A stretch of 64,000 nucleotides of DNA from Lingula anatina (lineage: Eukaryota; Animalia; Brachiopoda), in the NCBI GenBank assembly GCA_051362555.1, contig CM120645.1:12028001-12092000 (forward strand), read 5' to 3'. Positions 39,842-53,450 of this stretch are shown in pieces. Position numbers and translations under genes: made by a program. Each line of letters starts with the position of its first letter. The first letter of the stretch is position 1. The notes beneath the pieces are model-generated. The model was not told where the DNA came from. It worked only from the letters and a program-made list of their open reading frames with translations, and did no database searches.

Positions 39842-42800
39842 AGATACTGGACCCTTGAGCAATATTTCAAAATCTGAAGTTTTCTTAGATCTTATTACTT
39901 ATCTCCTAATGTCTTACCTTACAAGCCAAAGCTCTGATGGAGTCAGCCTCTGTGATAGGTACTTTAATGGTAAGAAGTTTTAACAGCACCTAGAAAAATA
40001 TTGTAAAATTTATTATAAAATTAGATAACAAAAAGCAATATAAAATCCATGTTTCAATCTTGGCATCTGAATCATTTAAATAATTTGTAATGTATTCCCT
40101 GTAATTAGTAAAAATAATTCATCTGGCAAAAAAAAAAAAAAAAAAAAACTTAGCGAACTGCACATCAAAACGTACACCCCCATTCCAAACATACTGAAGT
40201 ATGAAATCTATCAAAATGACCTATATTGTTAATCAAACAAATTATTGAGTTTTTTTCTTTGTATACACTCCATAAAAAAATGTGCCTCCCCCCTCCCTCA
40301 CCATGATTCCATTATTGGACCTGACACACTCCCACATCTTGACCAGGACATCAGCTCCTGTCTTGATGGCCGTCTTCTTCTTGGCACTTCCAGACACATA
40401 TCTGGCCACATTACTGCCAAGCTGAAACAATTTGGAAATGACACACTGTAAGTGAGATAATATCAGTCCCAGATGCAGAATTTACATCTTAAAAATCATA
40501 TAATAATTATAATGAAATAACAACATAAAATACAAGTTAAGTAAATAACTTTCTCCATTTCAATATAAAACATCATGATAAACTACATACAAATGATTTA
40601 CCATTCCTGTTTGGTTTGGAATTTTAAAGGTAACTTGCGTGGCTTAAAAACTGTGCCAAAGGAATCATCTCAATACAAATTTCTTCCCTGTCCAGCTCTG
40701 AAACCTGGGTCACTTTAAAGAGCATTACACCAAAAGGTTCATCATCATCACATGGGTCTTTTCTTTTAAAATGCTGTTCACCCGATATGTGACCTTGCAA
40801 TGATCTTGACCTGATCTTACCCTGACTGGTGGTCCACACACACAGTTTATAATGACATGGAGGGCAGACTTCTGCACCTCAGGCTCTGGAAGGATGTCAC
40901 TGTCAGCAAGACCAAACAAGATACTGCGAACAAAAGAAAATACAGCTAAATAAAATGGCAAAGGGAAATTTCAATTCATTACCTAATAGGGAAATGTTAC
41001 ACTCAGCAATGACTTATTTGAACTAATTAATAAAAATCATTTCAATTTTATCCATACGCAAGCATTCTTTGACTGTTTATACTTTTTTTTTTTGTAAATA
41101 ACACTTCAAGGCACAAAAATAAAATGTGCATGTAAACTAACTTAATACTGAAAATAACTGTCGGTTACAGCATAAAGATACTGCACATGAAGCTACCTTT
41201 CTTGTTATAAGAAAAAAGACTTTAGCATTACCTGACAGCAGGGGAGGACACATCCTCAGGCAGAGGTATGGCCTCAGCCAGCTTGAACTGGACCTTGGGT
41301 ACTGTGGCACATACTCCCAGCACATCCAGTGCAGATCTGATGGTCTCCGCTCTGTTAATGAAAACAACTCCTCACTGACAGATATGTTTGATATTCATAG
41401 TTCAGAGAAAAAAGGTCTGCCATCACATCAATGGCATAAAAGTGTGAATGGTAAAAATTAATTTCTTGCATTTTACTTTTAAACAGAGATTTTTTACTGA
41501 GAATGAGAAGGGGATAACCGATTTCCTAAACATGGGATTTCTCTAATATCCCTTTGGTCAACAGCACAGGCTGTTTCAAATGAACACAGAAAGCTTTTAA
41601 TTAGGATGACAAAAATCCACGCTGTCCTTCAACGAAACATTTTAATCCATATATCATTAGTGTATACAAAATAAATTACCTTAGCCAAGTTTTTTACTGA
41701 CTTACTTTCCAGTGTAGTAACTCCACTCTGATGCCATGGCAACCAGCTGTAAGAGAAGCTGAACCCCTCCCAGCTTGTGAAACTCACTGACGGGTTCCCA
41801 GTACATCCTGAGAGGCATGTACTCCAGCAGGATCTCCATGTTTTCTTGTATGACTTCTGTAGGGAATTTGGCAGCCTGAAAATCGGATATCACAACATTT
41901 ATCCAGGAAACAATACTTTCATCTCAATAAACAAAGGTAACCTGAGAACTATTATACTGTATGCAAGGATGATCAATGAAATGTTTAGTTTAAATTACTT
42001 TAAATTGAAAACACTTATTTTCACTCTCAACCTTTCACAAGTATGAGAAAATAATTACAATCCAAAGACTGAACTTTGTATAGTGATTTAGAAAAACACC
42101 ATCAAATAAATCCTAATGTCTCTCTTTACCTTATATGGAGGGATTTCAATCATGGGCATTCCGCCTTCATTCCTGAGGTGGTTTCTGCGGATGTGGTCTG
42201 CTTTGATGGCCAGGTGAACCTCAAAGTACTTCTTCAAGGCAACGGTGACGTGGCGACATGCCTGTCTGTTAGTGAACACCACGTCTTCATTCAGGTCTGC
42301 GTCCTGTAGTTCTATGTTTACTATGGGCAATGTGCTCATCTGAAGAGGTTATTATGAATGCTTAGTATGAAAATATGGCAATGGTTACTATTAGGTTTGG
42401 TTCTAGAACAACTGCTATTATTAGTTCTGATTATGAAACTGTAAAATTTGTGGAAAATTATACTTCCTGAAAATTTATTAACATGTAAACATAAAAGGTG
42501 GTAAATAAAAGATGATTGCAACCACTTTACTCAACAAAAAGATACAGAAAATCAAATAAATATCTTTTCTTTTTTTTTTTTGAAAAATTAAGAAAATATT
42601 ACAATCATGCCAACTAGAGAAGACTTATCATACCACATTAAACAGTTTTCTCAACCCATCTTTCATGTCAAATAACTCCAGGATAACTTTAAATGGAAAG
42701 GACAGCCCAAAGAACATGGTGGCATGACACCTCCCTGACTCATGAGAACACTCCAGTAACCACAGAACAAAACTAAAATATCGAGAAAATATAACATGAC

Positions 42801-45800
42801 AAGTACTTTATCATTACAGTTGAAATTATGAAAATTGAGGACCCTTATCTCTTTCATTTGGTTTAAATTATTCTTATTGTTCCTAAGTTGCACAGAACAA
42901 AACTGAAATATTAAAATTATAATATTACAAGATCTTCAATATCTTATCATTAGTAGTAATAAGCTTAAACAGTTACTATGAAAGCAGTAGTTTATCAACT
43001 CTTTCAATAATTTTGCTTTAATGTAAGGTGTTATCTTTATTGTTCACTTGTATTATCTTTTTTGTTCTATATTAGATGTTATAACTCTTAGGCTATAAAA
43101 ATTTACCTGACTAGATCTGACAGGACGTGCTGAGGCAGGAGACACACCTATCAACAATGGGAAAATATATTATTACCAGATAAAGATTGCAAATCTAAAA
43201 TTAAACAAATTATAATTCTGAAAATATTGCCATTTCACTGGTAAGCTAAGAACCAGTCTGCCGAAAAGGGGAAAATCAGCAAAATCTACATAATTACTTT
43301 TTCAAATAACAAATTATATATGGACCATCCAAATTTGTATTGAAATTTTGTGAAAACCCTAGCAGTCACATACCCTTTCCATGGCATCTTCAAAGTAGGC
43401 CAGGTAGTACAGGCACAGGGAGACCCCTGTTGCAGCTACAGAGGGCCTGTGGACAGCCAAAAGTCTCTGCACACCTCCCAAGTTGATGAACTCTATGGCA
43501 AACTTCTTGTGGCACAGGAGAGCAGCAAGGAACTATGGTGACAAAAGTGTCAAGTTAAATGACATGTTAAACTTTCAGCATTTCATCTGTCAAGCTCAGC
43601 CACAATATGGCGATACAAAATAGATCAAAAATGAACTTTTTGGATGGAAGGTGTGATACTGCATTGTCATGAAATGTTTTAAATTACCTGTTGGAGTGTA
43701 TATACTGTACATATATTATAATAATAATATTGATATATTTTCAATTGCAGTATTTTTAATGTGTCATCTTTCAACACAATTTGCTGATACAAAACAGAAT
43801 AAAATTTTGTCACAAATATGACCATTTTTGGCAATTGAAGCTGCATTTATCATGAAATATCATTTTACCCGTTGAAATAAATATGTATATATATATAATA
43901 TTAATTTTTCATGGAGTTTTATATGTAAACTATACAATATTTATCCAGTGCATTGAATATTACCTTCAAAGCATCAAATGCCAGCCTTACATCCCTGTTC
44001 TCTCTCAGGTTGATGTAGTGGAAGATAAGATCCAAAGCTTTGTGTTCAAACATGAAACCCAGCAACTGAAACAAATACCACAGAACCTCAACCATCTTCC
44101 TATAGTCTGGATAGCTTATACAAGGCCACAATAAAAACACAACGGAAACTACTAAAAGCCAGCAAAACATCAATATAAACCACTGGGGATAACATAAATG
44201 GAAATCAATATGGGGGACAAAAAAGAGGGGGGAAACAAAATGAAAATTACAAGTGTGAAAGAGCCTAGTTTATATTATTACAAGCAATATTCACATATTT
44301 TTCCCTTTAACTCAATCAATCCAGACTTACTGGTGTCAATATACTGAGTGCTTAAACTAAGGAAAATGGTTAAAAAAGAAAAAAAAATATTTCACCAACC
44401 TCTTGATACTCCCCTACAGGTGTCAGGTACTGCAGTATCAGCCTCTGCTGCATCTCCTTGCTCAGTGGATCTAAGGTATAAGATGACCCAATCACAAACG
44501 GCTCCATCTCCGCCCAGCTGCTACTACTGCACTCACCCACTGAAAGATAATATATTAATGTCTCAGTGATAGTTTTTTATAAATAGATGAACTCTGGCAG
44601 CACACAAAACTATTGATTTAAAATTAATTTTACACCGACCTTCATTATTTAAATCAAAATCAATCACGGCTAGATGGAAATGTGCATATGCACGCACGCA
44701 CGCACGCATGCACACACACACTAACACACACACACACACACACACATGCAAACTATGACTCTTGTACTTTCATCTTTGATAATTGTAACATTCATTTTGA
44801 ATTATTAGGCTACGCAGATCTGAGACATTATTCAGACACTAAATAGTTTAATATATTTGACCAAACTAATAAAATCAAAATCATAATTCACATCAAAAAA
44901 AATCACAGCTGTAGCATCTGGAAAGCAATACTTGTAAAGCAACAGCCCATCAGTACCATCAGTACCAGTCAATCTTCAAACAACTCTTACTTTCAAATCT
45001 CTTAGATTTAAAAGGGCTGGTGAATGCCCCAACACTGAGGGAACTAGGCAACTGGGTAAGCCCCGCTTTTCTCTCCTCATCTCCCTCTCCTTCAATATTT
45101 TCTCTCTCAGGAGCTACGGTCTCATTTACACAACTTTCTACTGCGCTACTAGAAGAGCTACTCTTGCCTATGTTAGCAAATGGCCTTTCAGTTAACGTAT
45201 CCAAGCGTTCTCTTTCTTTCTGGGCCACTGTTGTGTTTTTATTCTCTTTCAGTAGACCATGGAGGCGTTGCAGCATCAGTGGAACCTGACAAGTGAAAGG
45301 GATAATAATTACCAATTTTTTTATCACTCATAGCCATTCAAAACAAGGGTGACAAATCACTTGTCTCCTGTTAAATAAACTGAATAACCTTTACACGAGT
45401 TTGAAATTCTGGTGAGAAGAACATAATGTTATCATTTTCACAGCATAGTAAGTCCAAACACAATTCTAAAAAAATTGTGTGCATATTATCTCAACTGGTT
45501 ATATAGTCTAATGATCTTGGGTATAACCCACCAAAACAGCATTATGATCCTTAAAGTTGGCAGCGATATCCTGGCTCTCCATGGCACCTGCCAGTAACCC
45601 AGTGGCATACGACCTCAGTGGCTCCTCTGCAGTTTCAGACCATGAGAATAATTTGGCAACAACACTCTCCTGAAACATACAGAAACTTCCAGCATTAATA
45701 ACAAGTGATTATGAATGTGAAAACAAGGCAGCAAAGCTGTCAAATGTACAGACAAAAAACAGAAAATAAAGATGCAAAATATTAGAAAGTGCCAGAATGA

Positions 45801-48800
45801 GAAAAATGAAAATTTCACAAGAAATGCATAAATACAATAAAAATGATAATCCAATAGAGCTGGTTTTCTCATATGAGCTGAAGGCCAATCCTAAAAACCT
45901 ACTTGTAAGTTTAAATTATAATAATGAGGACAGTTTTCTTTTCATAATGTTTGCAGTAGCAGTTGTTGTCAATTTTGATGTAACATTACATAATAAATTA
46001 GAGAATAATTATCACCAATTTTTGTTTATTGACTATAAATAGGATGGACATGTAGAAAATATGATTACCATTTGGCTTCATGTCCATGGGAGCTCAGAGT
46101 CCCACAATGAATATGCTAAAAAGAAATGAATATTACACTAAAATGTATAACTTCCAGAAAAAGAAGCCAATTAGACGGCTTTTCTAACTCAGGCTGCATT
46201 TTAGTCCTGTGTTTCTTTTTTTAAAGTTTGACAGTCATAAGTAAGACGGTTTTCCCATAATGGTCATCAAGGCAGCAGCACCAAAAATTGTGTTTTCTTC
46301 TATTTTGATGCAACATTACATAATGCTTAACAGCATAATGACCATCGATTTTTAATAATAAAATATAAGTGTCATGGATTTTCAGAAAATGTGACTAGCT
46401 TGGGCCTTCAAGCCCGTGGAGGTTCTAAGTCACACCTTGGAAATGCCAATATGTTAAAAATTAAATTTTCACAAAAAAAACTGTTTAACTGCCAGAAAAA
46501 AATTACCAAACAGACTGCATTGCCTACTAAAGCTGTATTTTAGACCCATGTTTCTTTCCTGTAAGTTTGAGAACAGCAATTGACATGATTTTCCTTAAAT
46601 GGTCATCATGGGAGTAGTGCCCAAAATAGGGGTTTCTTCAAATTTTGATGCAACATTACATTATGTTTAACAGCATAATGACCATCAATTTTTAATTATA
46701 AAATATTAGTATCATGGATATTCAGGAAATGTGACAAGCAAAGGTCTTCAGGATCATGGAACTTCAAAGTCACATATTGAAAATGCCAAAATGTAAACAA
46801 GACAGCACTGTTCTGAAATGGGTTTATTTCCATTTTTAACACTTTTTAACATAAAACAAAATAAACATTTTACTGCCATTTTTATATGACCAATGAAGAA
46901 AATTGATGAGATGGGAAAAGTATCAATAGAACAGTGTTAAATGTCCAACTTCCTCCATTCTGAGATTTTGTCAGATGCATTCATCCACTATGTTCAGAAT
47001 CTCAGAATGGAGGAAGTTTATTTCCATTTTTGACACTTTATTACACAATACATGATAACAAGTTTACCATCATTTTTACAAAATCAACTAACAATGTTGT
47101 AAAGATGCAGGAAATGCCAAACAAACACATTTACATATCTTATTAGTTCAATAATGAGACTGTTAACATGCCTAAGAATTGAATGTGAGGAAATGTGAAA
47201 AACAGCATAACTTCTAAAACTAGAGGATCAGAGAGGCGATACCGCCTCCAAATATTGTACCACCAGCTGGAGCAAACGCATTCGTATAGACCCCCACATA
47301 CACAAAATAAGGGACACAGCCACCAGTTTTGTGCTTGACAAGCTGTAAAAATGCAATCAACAAGAATTTTTTAACTATTGCAAAAAATATATATATGGTA
47401 CAATCAAATTTAAGTTCTTCGTAAGGTAGGTCAAGGGTCAATTTCAAGGTCACAGTAAATTGCCAGTATATGACTTCCTATTCAAGTTCAAGAGTAACTA
47501 TGGACCTATCTCTGTCAAGTTTGAAGTTAAAAGAGAAAGAAATTAGCAGAGTTCAGTTCATGATAAAAAGTAGGTCAAAGGTCAATTTTAAGGTCACACT
47601 TAGATTGCCAGTATAGGACTTCCTATTCAACTTCAATAGTAACTATGGACCTATCTCAGCCAGTTTTGGAGATAAAAAGGGAAGCAAAATTTGCAAAATT
47701 CAGTTCATGGTGAAAAGTAGGTCAAAGGTCAATTTCAAGGTCACATTTAGATTGCCAGTATATGACTTTCTATTCAAGTTCAATAGTAACTATGGACCTA
47801 TCTCTGCCAGTTTTGGAGATAAAAGGGAAGCAAAATTTGCAAAGTTGTGTTTATGGTGAAAAGTAGGACAAAGGTCAATTTTAATGTCACATTTATAATG
47901 CCAGTATATGACTTCCTATTCAAGTTCAATAGTAACTACGGACCTATCTCAGCCAGTTTTGGAGATAAAAGGAAAGCAAAATTTGCAAAATTCAGTTCAT
48001 GGTGAAAAGTAGGTCAAAGGTCAATTTTAAGGTCACATTTAGATTGCCAGTATATGACTTCCTTTTCAAGTTCAATAGTAACTATGGACCTATCTCAGCC
48101 AGTTTTGGAGATAAAAGGAAAGCAAAATTTGCAAAATTCAGTTCATGGTGAAAAGTAGGTCAAAGGTCAATTTCAAGGTCACATTTAGATTGCCAGTATA
48201 TGACTTTCTATTCAAGTTCAATAGTAATTATGGACCTATCTCTGCCAGTTTTGGAGATAAAAGGGAAGCAAAATTTGCAAAGTTCAGTTCATGGTGAAAA
48301 GTAGGTCAAAGGTCAATTTCAAGGTCATAGTAAGATTGCCAGTATATGACTTCCTATTCAACTTCAATAGTAACTATGGACCTATCTCTGCCAGTTTTGG
48401 AGATATAAGGGACTAGATGTTATAATTTTGGAGTTACCATAATGTGCCTTAAATTTCGTACAGAAAAAATTAATTAAAATAAAGAAAATGTCATTTTGGT
48501 CAAAATTCTTGAAATAGGAGGTGCTCTGAAGTTTCAGAAGTTCAAATTTGATGAAATAATGTCATTTTTGAACACAAGTTGTCTGCTTTGCCAAGCCTTA
48601 TGTTTTATTTTTCCAGAGTTCAAAATTTATTATCCATTACCGTACTGCACATTTTGCTTTTACCACCAATATGTACTTTTTGATACAGCGTAACTCGAAA
48701 ACCGTATGGAATACAAAAAAATCGAGACCACCTCCAGTGTTGGGCTTTACATGCTCTACAAAATGCAAAAAAGAATGGGTCTCTAGCATTAACGGTTCCC

Positions 48801-51800
48801 GAATAAGAGACAGTTTTCAGTTTCGGTATCTTATGGCCGCTACTCCCGTGAAAATGGATCGATTGACCCCAAATTCATGGAGATGAAAGATGACCTGAAG
48901 GGTAACACTTTCCAATAATATTATTGGTTAAGTCTGTGTGGTGTCTGAATAACAGGGCAAAAAAAATTTTTTTCGTAAAAAATTTCATTTTTTTTGAAAA
49001 TTTTGGCCCATTTGACCTTGAAGTAGAGGTCAAAGGTCAAATCCAAGGGTATATTTGAAATCTACACATATGACTTTTGGAAAGCCGTCTATAGAAATTT
49101 TTCCCATAACTCCTTCCGTAGGGTAGATAATTAGCATTTAATTTTGCCATTTTTAGACAAGGGTGCATTGCAATGAGTGCCACACCCAGACCCCAATACC
49201 GACAAAGCCCAAATTTTACGTGGAACGAGTTGAGATTATAGGTGACCTAAATCCATGAGATGGGTACGGGGGCCCTTACCGTCTAGGAGGAGAAGCGGTA
49301 ACGGTAGCCGTCCGGCGGAGCCGGCGGAACGATCCGGACGGGACCGAAACCATGTGTTCCGCCAGCGCTAACGCTGGTGGTACAATAATGGACTGATTAT
49401 GCTGATTTTCAAACTCAACCTGCGTTTTAGTAAGATTGGCCCCTTCTGTGACAATTCTAATGACAATTGACCAATCTGTTTTTCTTATATTGTGTTATCA
49501 GTGTTGCATATATACTGAAAAAAGTGAAAAAGCAGCATAAATACCCTATGAGTGACCCGATCGTGCTGATTTTCGAACTTGACCTGCGTATTATGAATAT
49601 TCATCAGTTCTGTAAGTTTCAAGCCAAAGGGTAAAACGGTATTTCACTTATCGTGTTATCAGTGTTGCAAAAATGCTGAAAAAAGTGAAAAAACAGCGTA
49701 ACTTCCCTAAAAATGACCCGATCATGCTGATTTTCGAACTTGACCTGCGTATTATGAATATTCATCAGTTTCATAAGTTTCAAGCCAAAAGGTAAAGCGG
49801 TTTTCCACTTATCGTGTTATCGGTGTTGCATATATGCTGAAAATAGGGAAAAAACAGTGTAATTTCCCTAAAAGTGACCCGATCATGCTGATTTTCGAAC
49901 TTGACCTGCGTATTATGAATATTCATCAGTTCTGCAAGTCAATAGGTAAAATGGTTTTCCACTTATCGTGTTATTGGTAAAAGTGCACGGCGACGACGGC
50001 GACGACAGACGCAGATGATGGCTATATGTACAGACACATCTGTGTCTGTACATAAAAAATGTTATCATGTGGTGATCTAGCTTAGGAAATGGAGTGGAGC
50101 CTCTAAACTTAGCCAGGAAATTGAAAATAGGAGGAAATCACTTTGTTTGGCTTTTGAGTGGTCTAAGGATTGAATAAAAATTTGACTTCTGAGTATCACT
50201 AAGTACATTTGTTTCAAGATCCTACAGTTTACAATCAAGATATATGCTAGGTAAAATAAATCTACATAAAATAAAATATTTAATATTTTGTGCAGCAAAC
50301 TTTGACTTCATCAATATTATGTATTGGTAGCATTTTTGATGGAAAACAGTACATGTTACACATTTGTATTTTTGCATGACTTCTTATTTACATCTTTTTC
50401 CAGGGTAATTTCCCACGGTGCCACTACATTCCCTTTTGTTTTTACCAGTTTCCACAATTTACTTACATTTTCTTGAAAGACTACAGTTGTTTCTAAACCT
50501 GGTAGAAGATTGTACAGCAGACGGCAAACCACTGAATGCTGGGATACCTGCTCACTACCGCTCATTGCATAATTACTGACAACCTAAAAACCAATGCAAT
50601 AAGTTTTTAGTGTTGAGGTACTAAAGAAAAATGTGTGCTTCAAGAAGCAATTATAAAGAAAAAAAAACAGCCAGATTAAAGAAGTCCTGTCTCTTTTGAA
50701 ATGTACAATCAATTCTGTGAATTCAGCAAATTACTACAAGTAAAGAATAAAAGAATATTACATACCTTCTCCATAAAATTGCTGTTCTTCAGTACAGCTT
50801 TTAACATATGTCCCAGAGCACAATTGGGGTCTGCCCTTCCTGAAAAAGGAATTTCACTTTTTAAATCAAGAAAAAAACTTTTAATAGACACAAGGGCTCA
50901 CATTTACTTTCACAGGCTCTTACTTACTGTTTTTACTAAATTCTTTTACTAAGAGAAAACCATGAACATATTTTTACATAAAAATTAGACAAAAACATTA
51001 ATATCTCATTCATTTAATAGTGATAGACAGAGCAAATCTGTTTTTTTTTTTTAACAGACTTAGTTACAAAACAAATGTTCAGCTGATGGTAGACAATGAA
51101 ACAGTATAGGCATTTGTTTCTTTTTTTTAACGAACTGCCAAAAGCATCAAATACATACTACATTAAAGACAAGCATATATGAAACATTTGTTCATGGCTA
51201 AAAAAAATAACTTTGACTAGAAAAAAAAATGTATTGATGATATTTTGATGAAAAAAGAAAAAACTTTTTTATGAAATATTTTGTATTGGCTAGCTTCCAC
51301 CTACTGAAGACAGGGATGAGACTTTTAGGCTTCCCACAGTCGAAAGTCTGCCAATAGTTTGAAAAATCTCATTGCTGTTATAAGCACCAATTCCACTCAA
51401 AAAGTTGGAAAGCTGCTGATGGTCGGAAAAATCTCATCCCTGTGAAGATCTTGAAGTGAAATGTCATCTATCATAGCTTACCAGGATGTCTGTCATCAAA
51501 GGGATCTGGGTCAACCCTGTAATATGCATCTGTCTCCTTCTCCAGTAACTGACACAGCCTGGAAACAATCATTATCATGTAATGGCATTAGCTAGTCAAA
51601 AACAAAATAAATTAATCAAATTCATCAGATAATGGGAGACTTGCAGCAACCCAAAAACTTGCAGACTCAAGCAGAAGAAATGGAATGAAGCATTCACCAC
51701 ATTCACTTGGTTTTCTGGATTACAGATAGCACATCATTTAATTTTTGTAAAAGTTTATTTATTCATTTTAAATTAAAAATCAGCATGCCAGTATTCTTTC

Positions 51801-52114
51801 CGCCTGCCATTAATAAGATACATTCTAGGCCAAATTACCACACCAACTCTACTGGACAATTATCAACTCATAGGCAAAATATTTCAAAATCTAAAATTCT
51901 AATACTGATAAGTGGTCATTTAGACATAAGAGATGTCAAAACGACCCGCTTCAACAAAGTTCTGAGCAAACGCTGTCCAAATAGATAATAGTCCGTACCT
52001 GTCAAGAATTGGCACCGGATCAAAACCACTTCCATTTTCACGCTCCCACGTTTCAAGAAGCGACGTCACCTCTGCAACCGAGTCTAAAGCATTCCCAGAT
52101 GACGCCATAATCAT
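31351..52114 (-). CDS. DCAF1: DDB1- and CUL4-associated factor 1 (DCAF1/VprBP), multi-exon, complete
   Basis: Exons read [24 protein letters not shown] (52108-51999); [24 protein letters not shown]; [10 protein letters not shown]; [16 protein letters not shown]; [11 protein letters not shown]; [13 protein letters not shown]; Lis[15 protein letters not shown]; WD40 [45 protein letters not shown]; acidic tail ending FELSSDAY* (31547-31351). Confidence 0.95.
32384..32420. repeat. (TG)n microsatellite
   Basis: Seen directly in the sequence. Confidence 0.9.
33712..34076 (-). other. U12-type (minor spliceosome) GT-AG intron in DCAF1
   Basis: 5'SS GTATCCTTTT. Branch site TTCCTCAAC (33731-33723) lies close to the AG with no polypyrimidine tract. 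The intron joins IIINSEV|WDLRTF in frame. Confidence 0.85.
45850..46800. repeat. Degenerate ~330-340-bp tandem repeat (~3 copies) in DCAF1 intron
   Basis: TTTTGATG(C/T)AACATTACAT recurs with its GATG at 45977, 46307 and 46647, with similar flanks. Confidence 0.7.
47220..49387 (-). mobile_element. Helentron-associated interspersed element (HINE) copy A with ~7 x 146-bp tandem array (47425-48410)
   Basis: Minus strand: 5' hairpin TTGTACCACCAGCGTTAGCGCTGGCGG, 3' subTIR CTGGTGGTACAAT, stem-loop GAGGCGGTATCGCCTC, terminal CTAG followed by T run. Monomer landmarks at 47571, 47718, 47864, 48010, 48156, 48302. Confidence 0.85.
49390..50056 (-). repeat. ~161-bp tandem array (~3.6 copies) ending in a GACG microsatellite and hairpin; probable second, older HINE
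   Basis: CTGATTTTC(G/A)AACT at 49403, 49566, 49727, 49888. Hairpin TATGTACAGACACA-TC-TGTGTCTGTACATA at ~50025-50054. A monomer fragment continues left of 47220. Confidence 0.7.
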
Positions 52115-52520
52115 AAATTTTCAAATAAGTCAAGAAGAACTATTTCAAAACAAACCGAAATACACACTTGGGCTGTTTTCTAGAAAGATAACAAGTGCAC
52201 TAAAACATGACTGATCCAGCCTAGGTGGATAACACTACCACATGATTGACAATAATTATTCTAAAACATCAGGAAATACCACAAACGATCCCTTTTCTTC
52301 GAAGAAGCATAAAAAATCAAATCATTATAAAAATTTCGCTCGTGCAGTCTTCCATGCTGCTCGTGTTATTAGCTCCGCGCCAAATAATTTCTTTGTATCT
52401 GATTGGTCAAAGTCCATAATTTTAGCCAATTGTAATGCAGACTGAGATTGCAGCGATCTAGGGCTGTGAAAACAAAGAAGCCGGTAAAATCTTCTAAATT
52501 TTCCAAAAAATCTCCAGGTA
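52115..52520. promoter_or_regulatory. Bidirectional promoter region shared by DCAF1 (-) and the AT-hook gene (+)
   Basis: Start codons are only ~0.9 kb apart, head-to-head. Two CCAAT boxes in opposite orientation (ATTGG 52402-52406, CCAAT 52426-52430). Probable 5'-UTR donor CAG|GTAAAG at ~52517. Confidence 0.6.
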
Positions 52521-52986
52521 AAGAAATGTGTTCAATGTTTTCAGACGTTTATTTTAACAATTTTTTGCAATGCTTCCCGTAGGGTTATAAAAATTAAGGT
52601 AACTCTGGTAAATTTTGCTGAAATTTTATATCATTTTTGTAGGTCACATTTATGTGCCCTGGATGCCTGTTAGCATTTTTTGCCTCTATATTTCTCGTAT
52701 TTTATATTGCAATTTAAAGAAAGTGCAACGAAAGTTTTTTTAATTGTTGAAATATTGATACATTTTTCTTGATGCATGATTAATTCCAAGACAAATAACA
52801 ATGTAGTTTTCATAAAATTATGGTTTAAATATAAAGACTAATTAATTATTGTTGCGCAGATGTTTTATTCAGTATTCACCAAGAAATAAGAAAATTTATT
52901 TTCTAAATTCCCAACAAATTCATGTGTATGAAAATGTATTTATTTTACTACCAATGTATTTTTATTCAGTTCTGTGAAGAACAAAA

Positions 52987-53384
52987 ATGTCTGAAGGTGC
53001 ATCCCCAAGGAAAAGAGGCAGGCCCCCCAAGACTGGGGGTACAGAACTTGTAAGTTTGGGCAAACTGTATCAGAAACAAACTGCAGGCTTTTCCTTATGT
53101 GTGGTTTATTATCACATTTCAAGGGACATTCTAACAGTTTAGATTTTTATTCAATTACTTGTAAAGTTAGCAAAATCATTTTGGAAATACTTATATGTCC
53201 ATGTAGATTACACATTTAAATTCATCAGACAAATACTGGAATATGTATTTTACAAAGCTTTGAAGAGAGGACTGAGAAATATACCAAATCATTTTTAATC
53301 TGCACATCATCGTTGTGCAAGTTACCGCAAAACCCTCTGTCATTCACAGTACTCAAAAGTATACAGTCTAGTTCAGATCTATGC

Positions 53385-53450
<66 letters not shown>

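Noticed and set aside
47220-47453. Duplicated hydrophobic ~70-aa ORF (also 58648-58860)
   Set aside because: It is the non-coding 3' end of the HINE; its stop codon is the terminal CTAG.
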